Assembly: GCA_944330115.1 (NCBI GenBank)
Contig: CALVIN010000005.1
Span: 41,542-105,541 of the forward strand
DNA: 64,000 bases
Reading direction: 5' to 3'
DNA from: an uncultured Clostridia bacterium
GTDB taxonomy: Bacteria > Bacillota > Clostridia > Christensenellales > Borkfalkiaceae
How positions within the stretch are numbered: the stretch's first letter is position 1; every line of letters begins with the position of its first letter. The position numbers and the translations under genes are program-made. This document shows, piece by piece, positions 1 to 9,982 of the stretch. Under the pieces are notes generated by a model. That model was not told the DNA's origin, did no database searches, and saw only the letters and a list, made by a program, of their open reading frames with translations.

Positions 1-658
1 CACCCTGCCCGAATACATAAATATCCGTTCGTTAGGGGATATCCCCCACTCTTTTTCAAAATCGCGGGCGAGCGCCGCCCCCTCTTCAACGGAGATGACG
101 GGCATATCGGTGCCGTTGGGCATTACCTTTATATCGCCCTTATAGCCGTATTGGCGAAGCACCGTTGCCGAGCTTGCGCTCACCGCCCACACATAGTCGG
201 CACGGCGGATGTTGCGCATTATTATGCTCATCATCACGGCGGTGATGAGGCGCGAGTGCGTCACGCGCATAAATTCGTCTTTAAAGCGGGTGTGAAAGGT
301 GTATACCACGGGGACGCCGTGCTTTTTTGCATACTTTAAAAAGTAGCCGCATATGGCAAAGGGCGAGTGCGCGTGGAGAAGCACGGGCTGCCTCTGCTCT
401 AAAAATTTTTTCAGCTTTTTATCGTGCCCCGGCATGGAGTTACGGAAACTTATAAAGGGCACGCCGAGCGAGAAGTTGTGGAACACGCCCGCGCAATACA
501 CGCGCTCGCCCTCTTCATCGTACTTTTTGCCGTATGAGGGGGCGATTATCTCGCAGTCGCACACCTTTTTAAGGTTTTTGCGGTAATTTTTGACGACGTT
601 GGTGCCGCCGTCTACCTGCGGGTACCAGCCGTCTATGCCGAGCATTATCGTCTTATTC
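1..658 (-). CDS. Glycosyltransferase, GT4/GT-B-like, N-terminal part only (gene runs off the window start)
   Basis: Own minus-strand translation from ATG 658-656: MNKTIMLGIDGWYPQVDGGTNVVKNY...LLHAHSPFAICGYF...VVYTFHTRFKDEF. The frame is open to position 1. The ATG overlaps the stop of the upstream ORF (AAAAATGAATAA). It is absent from the ORF track because it is truncated. Confidence 0.55.
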
Positions 659-2095
659 ATTTTTTACACGCTTTTTAGCCCTTGTATTTTTTATTATAAG
701 ATCGAATATCGTGATGAAGATGCCGATGAATATATAGATATAATACACCGAGAAGCGCCAGAAGAACACCGACCAGGCGAGCGCCGCGCCCGCCGCAACG
801 TTGAACGCAAGCACGCCCATGCCCTCTACCACGCCCGAGTTGCCCGGAGTGGGTATGAAGGATACGCCGAATGTGGCAAACACGTTGAGCGACATTATCA
901 TAAAGAACATGCCGTTTACCTCGCACGAGAGCGCGTTCATAACAAAGTAGGGCACCGAGAAGGTGAGGAAATTTTCGGCGAAGCAGCAGATAAGAAAGAG
1001 AACGAGGCAAACGGGGCGCTTTACTATTATTTTGAACGACTTTGTGAAGTCGTCGACGATTTTGAGCGCCTTTGCCATCGTCTTATACTTGTTTTTTACT
1101 ATGTGCAGCTTTACGCCGGCGTTTATGAACCAGCCCGTGAGCTTGTGCGCAAGCTTGGGCATGAAAACGAAAAAGGCGATGAATACGGGCAGAATTAGGT
1201 TGGCGGCAAAGCCCACCCAGCCGCACACCATGAGCAGCGTTTTGCCCACGCCCACGTTATCGATATAGCCGAGGGAGACGCCGAGTATCATGAACAGCGC
1301 GCCGAGGAAGGTGAAGCCGAAGATGCTGCCGAAGTAGCGAATGAGCACCACCGCCGAGGAATCGGCGCCGCTTACGCCCTTTGTGGTCATGTAGTATATC
1401 TGCATGGGCTGTCCGCCCGTGGAAAAGGGCGTTATGCCGTCGTAAAACTTGCCCAAAAAGCTGGTTTTTATTGCCACGCCCGGGCGCACGCGGCCTATCA
1501 CCGCCTTGTTTACCACGCAGAATTTGAGACAGTCGACTATCATCACGCCCAAAATTACCGCAAGCAACATGAGCGCGCCCGAAAGGTTTATGCTCGACAT
1601 GGCCTCGCCGAAGGTCATGCCGTCCTCCGATATCTCGCCCGAAATGCCGAACAGGCTCCAGAGGCCCAGGGCTATTATTACGATGAGGACGATGTTCCAT
1701 ATCCAGCCGCGCTTTCTTTTGGGCGGCTGTGCGCTTTTAAGCCCGCCGCCGTTGCTCTCTGCGCCTGCGGGGGCTGCGATATCTGCGGCGGGCGCATCGC
1801 CCGAAGCTCTCCCTTCATCGCCGCCGTTCGTGCCGCCTTCGCGCGTATCGCCCGCGTCGCTTTGGGCGGCGGGGATATCTGCGGCGCTTTGGGCGGGGGT
1901 ATTTTCCGCCGTTGCGCTTTGGGCGGGCAGCGCGTTTACGCCGGCCTCCTGCCCTTCGGGGGGCACTCCGCCCTGCGCGGCCTCGTTATCGCACCCTGCG
2001 GCGGTGCAATTTTTTGATGTTTTGTTTTGATCCACTTGAATAACTCCGGATATTTTTGACCGCCGCGGGCCGTGCCTCGGGCGGCGGTACGGCAA
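653..2095 (-). CDS. Flippase-like / lysyl-phosphatidylglycerol-synthase TM-domain family membrane protein (UPF0104-like) with a low-complexity Ala/Gly/Pro-rich N-terminus
   Basis: 480-aa ORF. The C-terminal ~330 aa are polytopic membrane sequence (FGISGEI...GITPFSTGGQPMQIYYM...IPTPGNSGVVEG) typical of this family. The true start is uncertain. Confidence 0.55.
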   Translation of the reverse strand: MPYRRPRHGPRRSKISGVIQVDQNKTSKNCTAAGCDNEAAQGGVPPEGQEAGVNALPAQSATAENTPAQSAADIPAAQSDAGDTREGGTNGGDEGRASGDAPAADIAAPAGAESNGGGLKSAQPPKRKRGWIWNIVLIVIIALGLWSLFGISGEISEDGMTFGEAMSSINLSGALMLLAVILGVMIVDCLKFCVVNKAVIGRVRPGVAIKTSFLGKFYDGITPFSTGGQPMQIYYMTTKGVSGADSSAVVLIRYFGSIFGFTFLGALFMILGVSLGYIDNVGVGKTLLMVCGWVGFAANLILPVFIAFFVFMPKLAHKLTGWFINAGVKLHIVKNKYKTMAKALKIVDDFTKSFKIIVKRPVCLVLFLICCFAENFLTFSVPYFVMNALSCEVNGMFFMIMSLNVFATFGVSFIPTPGNSGVVEGMGVLAFNVAAGAALAWSVFFWRFSVYYIYIFIGIFITIFDLIIKNTRAKKRVKNE

Positions 2096-2209
2096 GGGTA
2101 AATTTGCCGCAACATTTTAGATATTATATATTATATCGACGGATATGTCAATTTTAACGCAAGTTTACAGGGCAATAAAAAAATATCGCTGCCGCAAAAA
2201 ACATTTTAA

Positions 2210-2241
2210 GGCGCGCGCCGCAATTTTTTGCGGCGCGCGCC
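2210..2241 (-). terminator. GC-rich hairpin downstream of the degV-like gene
   Basis: GGCGCGCGCCGC-aatttttt-GCGGCGCGCGCC is a 12-bp perfect stem with T-rich sequence following on the minus strand. Confidence 0.5.
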
Positions 2242-2261
2242 CGTATGATGCTTAAAAAAAC

Positions 2262-3152
2262 TTACTGTCCGCGCTTATCGGAGGCAAAGAAGAAGAGCGC
2301 GACCGTGCCGGGGCCGGTGTGCGAACCTATTACCGTACCTATGGGGTTTATTTCCACCTTGCCGTTTAAGTTGTGGAAGGCGTCCTCTATCATGCCCTTG
2401 AGCTGATTTGCCTCGTCATCCATCATCGAGTGGCTTATGTAGCACTTGCCAGAATACGCAAGGCCGCCCTCGGCCTGCTCGCACATGCAGGCGAAGAGGT
2501 CCTTTATGGCCTTCTTTCTGCCGAGCGCCTTGCGGCGTACGATGAGCTTGCCCTCGCAGTTGACGTCCATTACGGGGCAGATGTTGAGGAGGGTGCCTAT
2601 GGCCGCCGCGGGGCCGGATACCCTGCCGCCGCGCTTGAAGTGCGCAAGATTGGTGGCAAAGAACCAGTGCTTTACGCGCAGCCTGTTATCTTCCACCCAC
2701 TTTTTGAGCTCGTCGATGCCCATGCCGCCCGCCTTGAGCTCGGCGGCCTTATCTACGAGCAGGCCGTAGCCCGAGGACGCCGCAAGCGAATCGACCACAT
2801 ACACCTTGCGGTCGGGATACTTCTTCTGCATGGCCGCCTGCGCCGCGAGCGCCGACTGCCAGCCGCCCGAAAGGCCGGAGGAGAACTCTATGTGAAGAAG
2901 GTCGTACCCTGCGGCGAGCACCGGCTCGAAAACTTCGCACAGCTCTTCGGGAGTGACCTGCGATGTGGTGGGCATTGCGCCCGCATCTATCTTGCCGTAA
3001 AACTCGGCGGGGGTTATGGTGGAATAGAGGTCGTCGGCGAAGTCTTTTCCGTCGATTATATAGTGATATTTGCCGAACGCGCAGCCGAGCGACTTTAAGT
3101 GTTCGGCGGATATATCGGCGGTAGAGCAGCATGTAATTTTGTAGTCAGCCAT
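2262..3152 (-). CDS. DegV family fatty-acid-binding protein
   Basis: MADYKITCCSTADIS...TSQV...DSLAASSGYG...IGSHTGPGT are DegV hallmarks. I placed the start at ATG 3152 because an AAAAGGAGAAG SD lies upstream; the track ORF starts 11 codons earlier. Confidence 0.85.
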   Translation of the reverse strand: MADYKITCCSTADISAEHLKSLGCAFGKYHYIIDGKDFADDLYSTITPAEFYGKIDAGAMPTTSQVTPEELCEVFEPVLAAGYDLLHIEFSSGLSGGWQSALAAQAAMQKKYPDRKVYVVDSLAASSGYGLLVDKAAELKAGGMGIDELKKWVEDNRLRVKHWFFATNLAHFKRGGRVSGPAAAIGTLLNICPVMDVNCEGKLIVRRKALGRKKAIKDLFACMCEQAEGGLAYSGKCYISHSMMDDEANQLKGMIEDAFHNLNGKVEINPIGTVIGSHTGPGTVALFFFASDKRGQ

Positions 3153-3556
3153 ATTACTTCTCCTTTTAATTTGCCGCGCGCGCATTCGCCGTGCCCGCTA
3201 TGGCATAGCGAATGGAAATAAAACGGGCCCGTCCCGGACAGGCGGACGGCGGTACAGATAGGGCGCGCCGCGCATATTTATTTTATTTTTTATCAAGTCC
3301 ATTTTATTATAATTTTAAAGAAAAATCAATTCATTGCGGCGTAAAATGCATGTGCCTGCCTTCTACGGTTTAATTTGGCCGCTCTACCGCAAAATATGCA
3401 GCTCTACCATGAGTAGAATGGCAGTTTTTGCCGCTTTTACGGGGCGCTCTGCGCCACAAGAGCGCGCCCGAAGCCCGCCGCAATGCAACGATATGCCGTC
3501 ATGCGGCAATTAGCCGCCATACAAATAAAAAATTCCGCACAAAAAATAATGCGCGG

Positions 3557-3638
3557 AATTTTAAATTTTAATTTAAATTTTAATTAAATTGAATTTTAAT
3601 TAAATTGAATTTTAATTTTAATTTTAATTTTATTTTTT
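3557..3638. repeat. A/T-only microsatellite-like tract (aattttaattaaatt type) next to the 3' end of rex
   Basis: About 80 bp contain only two G and no C. Internal periodic units are present (aattttaattaaattg x2, aatttt x4). Confidence 0.9.
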
Positions 3639-3668
3639 GCGCTTTTTATGGCGCGGAAATGACGCATT

Positions 3669-4280
3669 TTACAGCAGGCTTGCAAGTATTGCAAGGCTTG
3701 CGGCTACGTCGATATTGCGCACCACGACGCTTTCGGGCGATTTGAGCTGCACGGGGGCGAAGTTTAATATGCCCTTTATGCCCGAGCCGACCAGCCCGTC
3801 GCACACCTGCTGCGCCGCCGAAGCGGGCACGGCCAGAATGGCGAGCACGGCGCCGTATTTTTGCACGGCGGAGGCAACCTCGCTATCGACGCTTATCATT
3901 TTGCCGCCTATCGACGTGCCTATCTTTTCGGGATCGCTGTCGAACGCCTCCACTATGTCGATGCCGTACTTCGCAAAGCCGCCGTAAGAGAGCAGGGCAC
4001 TGCCCAGCCCGCCGACGCCGACGAGTATGGCGTTTTTCTTTTTATTGCAGCCGAGGTAGTCCTCTATGGCGGCGATGAGTTCGGTGCGCACATACCCCAC
4101 CTTGGGGCGGCCCGAGCTGCTTGTGTAAGCCAGATCCTTGCGCACGAGCACCTCGCCCATGCCGAGCGCGGCGGCTATCGCGCCCGAGGATATGTATTTA
4201 TCCCCTTCGGGCAGCGACTTTAAATAATTTAAATATATCGGCAGCCGCTGAAGGGAAATTTCGGGTATATCTCTCGTCAT
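3669..4280 (-). CDS. rex: Redox-sensing transcriptional repressor Rex
   Basis: MTRDIPEISLQRLPIYLNYLKSL...ILVGVGGLGSALLSY is a winged helix plus a Rossmann GxGxxG motif. ATG 4280 lies 2 nt after the glcK stop and has a GAGGGA SD. Confidence 0.9.
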   Translation of the reverse strand: MTRDIPEISLQRLPIYLNYLKSLPEGDKYISSGAIAAALGMGEVLVRKDLAYTSSSGRPKVGYVRTELIAAIEDYLGCNKKKNAILVGVGGLGSALLSYGGFAKYGIDIVEAFDSDPEKIGTSIGGKMISVDSEVASAVQKYGAVLAILAVPASAAQQVCDGLVGSGIKGILNFAPVQLKSPESVVVRNIDVAASLAILASLL

Positions 4281-4282
4281 GG

Positions 4283-5230
4283 TCAATCCCTCATGGCGAG
4301 CGCCGCGGCGCCGTACGCGCCTGCCTTGCTGCCGAGCGAGGCCTTTACTATTTTTACAGGTGCATAGGCCGTTCCGCCGAACAGCTCTTTATCGACATAC
4401 GTCTGCACGGGAACGATGAGGTTATCGCCCTGCTCGCTCACGCCGCCGCCGAGCATGATGACTTCGGGACGGAAGATGTTTGCAAGGTTTGCAAGGCCGC
4501 ATGCAAGGTATTTCGTGTACCAATCGACGACTTCCTTTGCGTCGATATCGGTGTGATAGAAGTCGAACGCCGTCTTCCCGTTGGCGGTATCGGAGGTGTA
4601 TTTTGTCCACATGGCAGAGCGGGGGTTGTCCTCCATCTGCCTGCGGGTGCGGCGAACGAGCGCCGTGGCCGAGCAATACGCCTCGAAGCAGCCGCGTCTG
4701 CCGCATGTGCATACGTCGCCGTGGCGCTCTATCACCATGTGGCCTATTTCGGCGCCGGCCGACTTATAGCCCTCGAAGAGCTTGCCGTCGATTATTATGC
4801 CGCCGCCCACGCCCGTGCCTAACGTTACGAGTATGCTGTTTTTATAGTTCTTGCCCGCGCCGAACTTTGCCTCGCCGAGGGCGGCCGCGTTGGCGTCGTT
4901 GGTGACCTTTACGGGTATGCCTATGCGCTCCTCTATCTTCTTTGCGAGGGGATAGTCGCGGAGGTTTAAGTTGCCCGAGAACACGAGCACGCCGTGCTCG
5001 CTGTCTATCACGCCGGGGCAGCCGACGCCCACATACGCCTCCTCCTTGGTGCCGCCGCACTTTTTGAGCATGGAGAACACAAGTTCGCCGATGATGTCGC
5101 ACATGAAGTCGCCGCCGTTTTCAGAACCGGTGACCGCCACGTCCTCTACGAGGGCCTTGCCCTCTCCGTCCAAAACGATGCCCTTTATGGTCATTCCGCC
5201 AATATCGATGCCAACATAATACTCTGCCAT
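4283..5230 (-). CDS. glcK: ROK-family glucokinase
   Basis: GIDIGGMTIKG at the N-terminus and the zinc motif GHMVIERHGDVCTCGRRGCFEAYCS. Confidence 0.85.
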   Translation of the reverse strand: MAEYYVGIDIGGMTIKGIVLDGEGKALVEDVAVTGSENGGDFMCDIIGELVFSMLKKCGGTKEEAYVGVGCPGVIDSEHGVLVFSGNLNLRDYPLAKKIEERIGIPVKVTNDANAAALGEAKFGAGKNYKNSILVTLGTGVGGGIIIDGKLFEGYKSAGAEIGHMVIERHGDVCTCGRRGCFEAYCSATALVRRTRRQMEDNPRSAMWTKYTSDTANGKTAFDFYHTDIDAKEVVDWYTKYLACGLANLANIFRPEVIMLGGGVSEQGDNLIVPVQTYVDKELFGGTAYAPVKIVKASLGSKAGAYGAAALAMRD

Positions 5231-5400
5231 TTATATCCTCCGTGCGGCGCAGCGCATTGAGCGAGCGTGCCGCGCAAATAAGTATTTTATTACTCATATA
5301 GTTTACTATTTATGCAGCCGTTTTGTCAAGTATTATCTGAAAATTGCAAACAGCTTTTGTTATTTTTTAAATGGCGCCCGCACAAAGGCCGATGTAAGGG

Positions 5401-5436
5401 CGCCGCGGGGCTGCAAATTTTGCAGCCCCGCGGCGG
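5401..5436. terminator. 36-bp perfect palindrome (copy 1), likely a bidirectional terminator after the ABC gene
   Basis: CGCCGCGGGGCTGCAAATTTTGCAGCCCCGCGGCGG. An identical copy lies at 7929-7964. Confidence 0.6.
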
Positions 5437-5506
5437 ATATTTAAACAATTATTTTAATGCATGCCCTCATATCGGCAATGGGATGACGGCATTTAAGGCT
5501 ATTTTT

Positions 5507-7801
5507 TTAACCGTCTGCCAAAAATTTTGCCGCGCTCTTTTTTGCCGCGCCGAGATATATGAACAGCACGCCCAGGGCAAACACGGCGAGCGTTGCAACA
5601 ATGACCGCAACAATGCCGAGCGGAGCTAAATATACCGGCATTGCGCCCGCAACGGCAAACGACACAGCATTCCATGCGGGGATAGCGGCAAGGCCTATTA
5701 AAAGACCTGCTATAAATGCCGCCGCAACCGCCACAGCCAGCTGACAGACGAACATCGCCGCACAGTTCGCGGGGGAGAGCCCGAACGAGCGCAAAATGCC
5801 CACCTCGCGCCCGCAGCGGGCAAAGGCATATATGGCATAAAAGACAAGCGCCGCAAGCGCGCACACACCCGATACGGCGCACACTATGGCCAAAATACCG
5901 ACTATAGTATCGAACCAACTCTGCGCCTCGACAATATATCCCGAGAGGTATGAATTTTCGGAATAGCCCGCCGCCTTGAGCTCCTCTATGTCGCCGGCAC
6001 TATATTCGGGCAGGCATATACCACTGTTGTCGTCCATGCGCCAGTCGCCGCCGACAGTGAACATCTTATCGGCGTCCTCCTCCGAAAATATAAGATCGAA
6101 ATCTGTTTGAAGGGAGTAAAACAGGCCGGTTATGGTAAACGAAAAGGGAACATAGCCGCCGCCCGGCGTGATGACGTTAAACGTGACCTGCGTGCCGAGC
6201 AATGCCTCCGCACCGCCATTCTCCAGGGCATAGTTCTCTGAAACAAACACCTCTCCCTCTTCGGGCCCGCCCTCCGTTATAGGCGCAAAGTAATCATCGT
6301 CAAGCACGGACGGATATGTATTTGCATACACCTGGTAAATGCCGCTGTAAAATCTGGAATCATAGAATTTAAAGAATTTTTGCCCACAGTCGGCAAATTC
6401 ACTCCAAAATATATCTTCCGGCACTATTATGCGCCCTTCAAAATCTTCGCTCAACTCTTCGTCGAGCTTACCGCCGCTGTATGCAGCGCTCTCGGAATCG
6501 TATATACATTTTACGATATAGTTGCCGGCCTGCTTGCCTATCATATCCTCAGCGCTTTCCGCACCGTAGCTGCGGCAATATTTCTGCGCTGCGGTAAGAC
6601 TTATGGCGATGCCCTCGCCGAGGTCGGCAGAGCCGTATACAACGGGGAAGAAGCAGGTATCGGAAATATATATCCGCCTTATGGGAATTTCCGGGATATC
6701 TGCGCCCGATACAAAAAGCGAACCGCTCCATTCGTAAAATGGAACGGCGCCGTACTTTTCGCCAAGCTCTTCGAACTGCTCGTCGCTTATGGGAGAATAG
6801 TCCCCGTTATTGAAATAATGATCAAGAGATTCGCCGTAATCTCTGCCCCAGGGTGCGTCGTAAGATTTCTCATAAATTTCGGTATAACTTACATAGTCGC
6901 GCTTGAGTTCGTATACGGGCGAGCCGTCGTTGCGCAGAGCGGCCACCGTCCCGGATATATCGTCCGCCAGAAAGATGTTTGAGCATGTTATAAGCGAAAA
7001 AAGGCACACCACAAGGAAAACCATGGTGAGCGCCACCGCGAGCGCCGTGCGGCGAAGCGTTTTGCCGGCAAGCCAGAAGGCGGTTTTTGCACCAAAGCGG
7101 GGCGCGGCGGTGTTTAACTTCGACGTGGCGCCGCCCGAAAAAATTGCGGGCGGCGCGCTTATACGGTCTTCGGAACGTTCGTTGTTTGCTGTATCGGAAA
7201 CTATTTTGCCGCGCTTTAAAACTATGATACGGTCGGCAATATCCTCGAAATACTCGCGCTCGTGCGTGGATACGAGCACCAATCTTTGCCGCGAAATATC
7301 CTTGAGCAGCTTTGCCACAGCGCGGCAATTCTCCTCGTCGAGGTTGGCGGTGGGTTCGTCCGCAAACAGCACCGGGCGGTTGGCCATTGCGGCGCGCAGT
7401 ATAGCGGCGCGCTGCACCTCGCCGAAGGACAGCTCAGAGGGCTTGCGCGCAAGCAGCTCCTTTACGCCGAACTCCTCCGTAAGCGACGCGCAGTCGGCGC
7501 ACCTGCCGGGGAAGAGCTTATCTATGAGCGCAAAATTTTCTTTTACGGTGAGGCTGTCTGAAAGCCTGCCGCCCTGAAACACATACGAACAATAATTTTT
7601 GCCGTAAGAACTTTTTACTCCGCCGGAAGTGGCGCTGTCGGCGCCGCTAAGGATATTCAAGAGCGTAGTTTTGCCGCTGCCGCTCTCGCCGCAGATGAGC
7701 ACCAGCCCGCTTTCGCCGAATTCGAGCGAACAGGGCGCAAGCGCCGTCACCTCGCCGCGGCTCGTCTTGTAGATTTTACATATATTTGTTGCCGTAAGCA
7801 T
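5507..7801 (-). CDS. Fused ABC transporter: N-terminal ATPase, large extracytoplasmic region and C-terminal FtsX-like permease (MacB-like architecture)
   Basis: Walker A GESGSGKTTLLN, signature LSFGEVQR, Walker B VLFADEP; then TM segments and the C-terminal GILRSFGLSP FtsX-type motif. Confidence 0.8.
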   Translation of the reverse strand: MLTATNICKIYKTSRGEVTALAPCSLEFGESGLVLICGESGSGKTTLLNILSGADSATSGGVKSSYGKNYCSYVFQGGRLSDSLTVKENFALIDKLFPGRCADCASLTEEFGVKELLARKPSELSFGEVQRAAILRAAMANRPVLFADEPTANLDEENCRAVAKLLKDISRQRLVLVSTHEREYFEDIADRIIVLKRGKIVSDTANNERSEDRISAPPAIFSGGATSKLNTAAPRFGAKTAFWLAGKTLRRTALAVALTMVFLVVCLFSLITCSNIFLADDISGTVAALRNDGSPVYELKRDYVSYTEIYEKSYDAPWGRDYGESLDHYFNNGDYSPISDEQFEELGEKYGAVPFYEWSGSLFVSGADIPEIPIRRIYISDTCFFPVVYGSADLGEGIAISLTAAQKYCRSYGAESAEDMIGKQAGNYIVKCIYDSESAAYSGGKLDEELSEDFEGRIIVPEDIFWSEFADCGQKFFKFYDSRFYSGIYQVYANTYPSVLDDDYFAPITEGGPEEGEVFVSENYALENGGAEALLGTQVTFNVITPGGGYVPFSFTITGLFYSLQTDFDLIFSEEDADKMFTVGGDWRMDDNSGICLPEYSAGDIEELKAAGYSENSYLSGYIVEAQSWFDTIVGILAIVCAVSGVCALAALVFYAIYAFARCGREVGILRSFGLSPANCAAMFVCQLAVAVAAAFIAGLLIGLAAIPAWNAVSFAVAGAMPVYLAPLGIVAVIVATLAVFALGVLFIYLGAAKKSAAKFLADG

Positions 7802-7928
7802 TTGAAATTACCTCTTTTATGTATACCTCGCACAAGGTATCGCGATTATAATTATACATATCGCTTGTAAAATAATGTGCATGAAGTTGTAATAAAAGTG
7901 TAAAATATTGCTGTCTGAACATGTAAAA

Positions 7929-7964
7929 CGCCGCGGGGCTGCAAATTTTGCAGCCCCGCGGCGG
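7929..7964. terminator. 36-bp perfect palindrome (copy 2), downstream of dut and upstream of the ABC gene
   Basis: Identical to 5401-5436. Confidence 0.6.
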
Positions 7965-8173
7965 AAGTTACTTACGGGTTGTTTTATTTATATGTATCGC
8001 TATTTATATGCATCGTTATTTTTGATATGCTGCGTTATTTGGGGCATACTGCGCCGCCAAAGGCATATATATCCCGATCGGGTGGCATATATGCCGCAAT
8101 TAACGGCATGCGCGCCGCCTGCAAACGACGTACGCGCCGCCTGCAAACGACATACCCGCCCGCAGAGGGCAGG

Positions 8174-8611
8174 TCAATTTTTGCCGGTGGAGCCGAAGCC
8201 GCCCGCGCCGCGCTCCGTGGAGGAGAGTTCGTCCTTCTCCTCGAATACGGCGGTGATGTAGGGCGTTATGACGAGCTGGGCGATGCGGTCGCCGGGGGCG
8301 ACGGTGCGCGCCTCTTTAGAGTGATTATGCAGGGCCACCTTTACCTCGCCGCGGTAGTCGCAGTCTACCACGCCCACCTTGTTTGCGGGGGCAAGGCCCT
8401 GCTTTGTGGCGAGGCCGCTGCGCGCGTATATCAGCCCTGCATAGCCCACGGGGAGTTCCAGCGCTATGCCCGTGGGGATGACGGCAGTTTCGCCGGCGGG
8501 GATGGTCACCTCTTCATTCAGGCAGGCATAGAGGTCGGCGCCCGCGGCATACTCGCTGCCGTATGCGGGAATTTTGGCGTTTTTATCGAGTTTTTTTATG
8601 GCTATATTCAT
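8174..8611 (-). CDS. dut: dUTP diphosphatase
   Basis: KLDKNAKIPAYGSEYAAGADLYA...ARSGLA...GVVDCDYRGEV...ERGAGGFGSTG are trimeric dUTPase motifs. Confidence 0.9.
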   Translation of the reverse strand: MNIAIKKLDKNAKIPAYGSEYAAGADLYACLNEEVTIPAGETAVIPTGIALELPVGYAGLIYARSGLATKQGLAPANKVGVVDCDYRGEVKVALHNHSKEARTVAPGDRIAQLVITPYITAVFEEKDELSSTERGAGGFGSTGKN

Positions 8612-8685
8612 GTGCGTTTTTACCTTTTATTTTGCGGTATTTGCGGCATATTGCCGCACCAATGGGGCACGCGAGCTTGCGGCCG

Positions 8686-9681
8686 TTATTTGTTGCCCTT
8701 TGTTTTTACGTATGTGAGCAGCCTGGCACCGCCCACCCTTACGGTGTTTGTGAACTTCATGCCGAGTGCGCGCGCAAATTTAAGCGCTGGCTCGTTGCGC
8801 TCGTCTATCGATGCCGAGAGCTCGAACGCGCCCATCTCGGTAAAGGCGTGATCAAACGCGGAGTTCACCGCCTCGGTGGCGTAGCCCTGCCTGCGGCAGT
8901 CCTTATTTACCATGCAGCAGACGTCGAACGCCCTTTCGCCGAGCGGCTTAAAGAATATGCAGCCTATCATCTTGCCGGTATCTTTGAGCTCTATCGCAAA
9001 GGCGTTTGCGCTGCCCATGCACGTCTTGTGCAAAAATTCCGCCGTCTTTTCACGCGAGCATGCGGGTTCGATATACTGCATGGTCTGCTCGTCGCCGAGC
9101 ATTTCAAACAGGTCGTCCTCGTCGCTTGCGAGGAAGGCGCGCAAATATAGCCTGTCCGTTTCGGAGACCATCTGCACCACCTCGTCCTTTTCGAGCGAGG
9201 GCTTTACGAGTATCACGCGCTGATTTGACGAGCCGCGGAAAAAGAGGTCGGGATTTTTGAGTTCCTCCACAAAGCGGCCGTCGACGAGCACGTCGATGCA
9301 CTTCAAAAGGCGCATGCACACCTCGGGATCGCCCTTTTTGCCGGTGAGCAGGTCAGATTCAAAGTTATAGCCCGTCCACGCCCACACCGATTTATCGGGG
9401 AACTTTGCGCGCAGGCGCTCCATGAAGTCGACGAGGGCGAGCTGATTTTCGGGCTCGAACGGGTCGCCGCCGAGCAGCGAAAAGCCCTTTATATACGAGC
9501 GCGAGAGCCCGTCGAATATCTTTTGCTCGGTCTCCTCGGTGAAGGGCTCGCCGTAGCAGAAGTCCCACGTCTCCTGATTGAAGCACCCCTTGCAGTGGTT
9601 GCGGCAGCCGCTTACATACAGCGAAACGCGCACCCCGGGGCCGTTGGCTATGTCGTAATATTTTATTGTTCCGTAATTCAT
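8686..9681 (-). CDS. nrdG: Anaerobic ribonucleotide reductase activating protein (NrdG) fused to a C-terminal GNAT acetyltransferase-like domain
   Basis: N-terminus: YDIANGPGVRVSLYVSGCRNHCKGCFN (radical-SAM CxxxCxxC) and SLLGGDP. The C-terminal ~150 aa (RLYLRAF...DDLFEML...RRQGYATEAV...ERNEPALKFARALGM) look RimJ/RimL-type GNAT. Confidence 0.8.
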   Translation of the reverse strand: MNYGTIKYYDIANGPGVRVSLYVSGCRNHCKGCFNQETWDFCYGEPFTEETEQKIFDGLSRSYIKGFSLLGGDPFEPENQLALVDFMERLRAKFPDKSVWAWTGYNFESDLLTGKKGDPEVCMRLLKCIDVLVDGRFVEELKNPDLFFRGSSNQRVILVKPSLEKDEVVQMVSETDRLYLRAFLASDEDDLFEMLGDEQTMQYIEPACSREKTAEFLHKTCMGSANAFAIELKDTGKMIGCIFFKPLGERAFDVCCMVNKDCRRQGYATEAVNSAFDHAFTEMGAFELSASIDERNEPALKFARALGMKFTNTVRVGGARLLTYVKTKGNK

Positions 9682-9859
9682 GATTGCCCCCGTAATATGC
9701 GCGAATTAACGGCATATCAACAAGAATTTTTTATGGTAGTACCGCGCCCGCGGCGCGGCCTGTAAGGCAGTTTTGTTGAGTGTATTTAATAGTATGCGCC
9801 GCGCATTAAATAATGCGCGGCGCGCTTAAAATATTGTTTTGCATTTGAAAGATTGCGTG

Positions 9860-9982
9860 CACTAACCCTTCCGAGGCTCGCATACGCTCGCCCCACCTTC
9901 CCTATAGGGACGGCGAGAGCGGCTGCGCTGCTTGTGAAACCCCTCCGTCACTTCGCGACACCTCCCCTCAAAGGGGCGGTAA
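9860..9982 (+). repeat. Composite intergenic repeat (AACCCTTCCGAGGCTC module plus short GAAACCCCTCCGTCAC / CCTCCCCTCAAAGGGGCGG hairpin module)
   Basis: Related copies were seen by eye at 27008-27075 (inverted), 35089-35136, 43732-43795 and 61389-61636. Confidence 0.8.

Noticed and set aside
3186-3556. About 370-bp spacer upstream of degV, considered as a possible riboswitch or sRNA
   Set aside because: I could not find conserved riboswitch cores or a clear promoter/terminator pair. There is only a weak hairpin near the rex 3' end, which is insufficient evidence.
8111-8151. Two copies of CGCGCCGCCTGCAAACGAC (22-bp period) downstream of dut
   Set aside because: There are only two units and no associated structure or gene context. 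It is most simply a local duplication.
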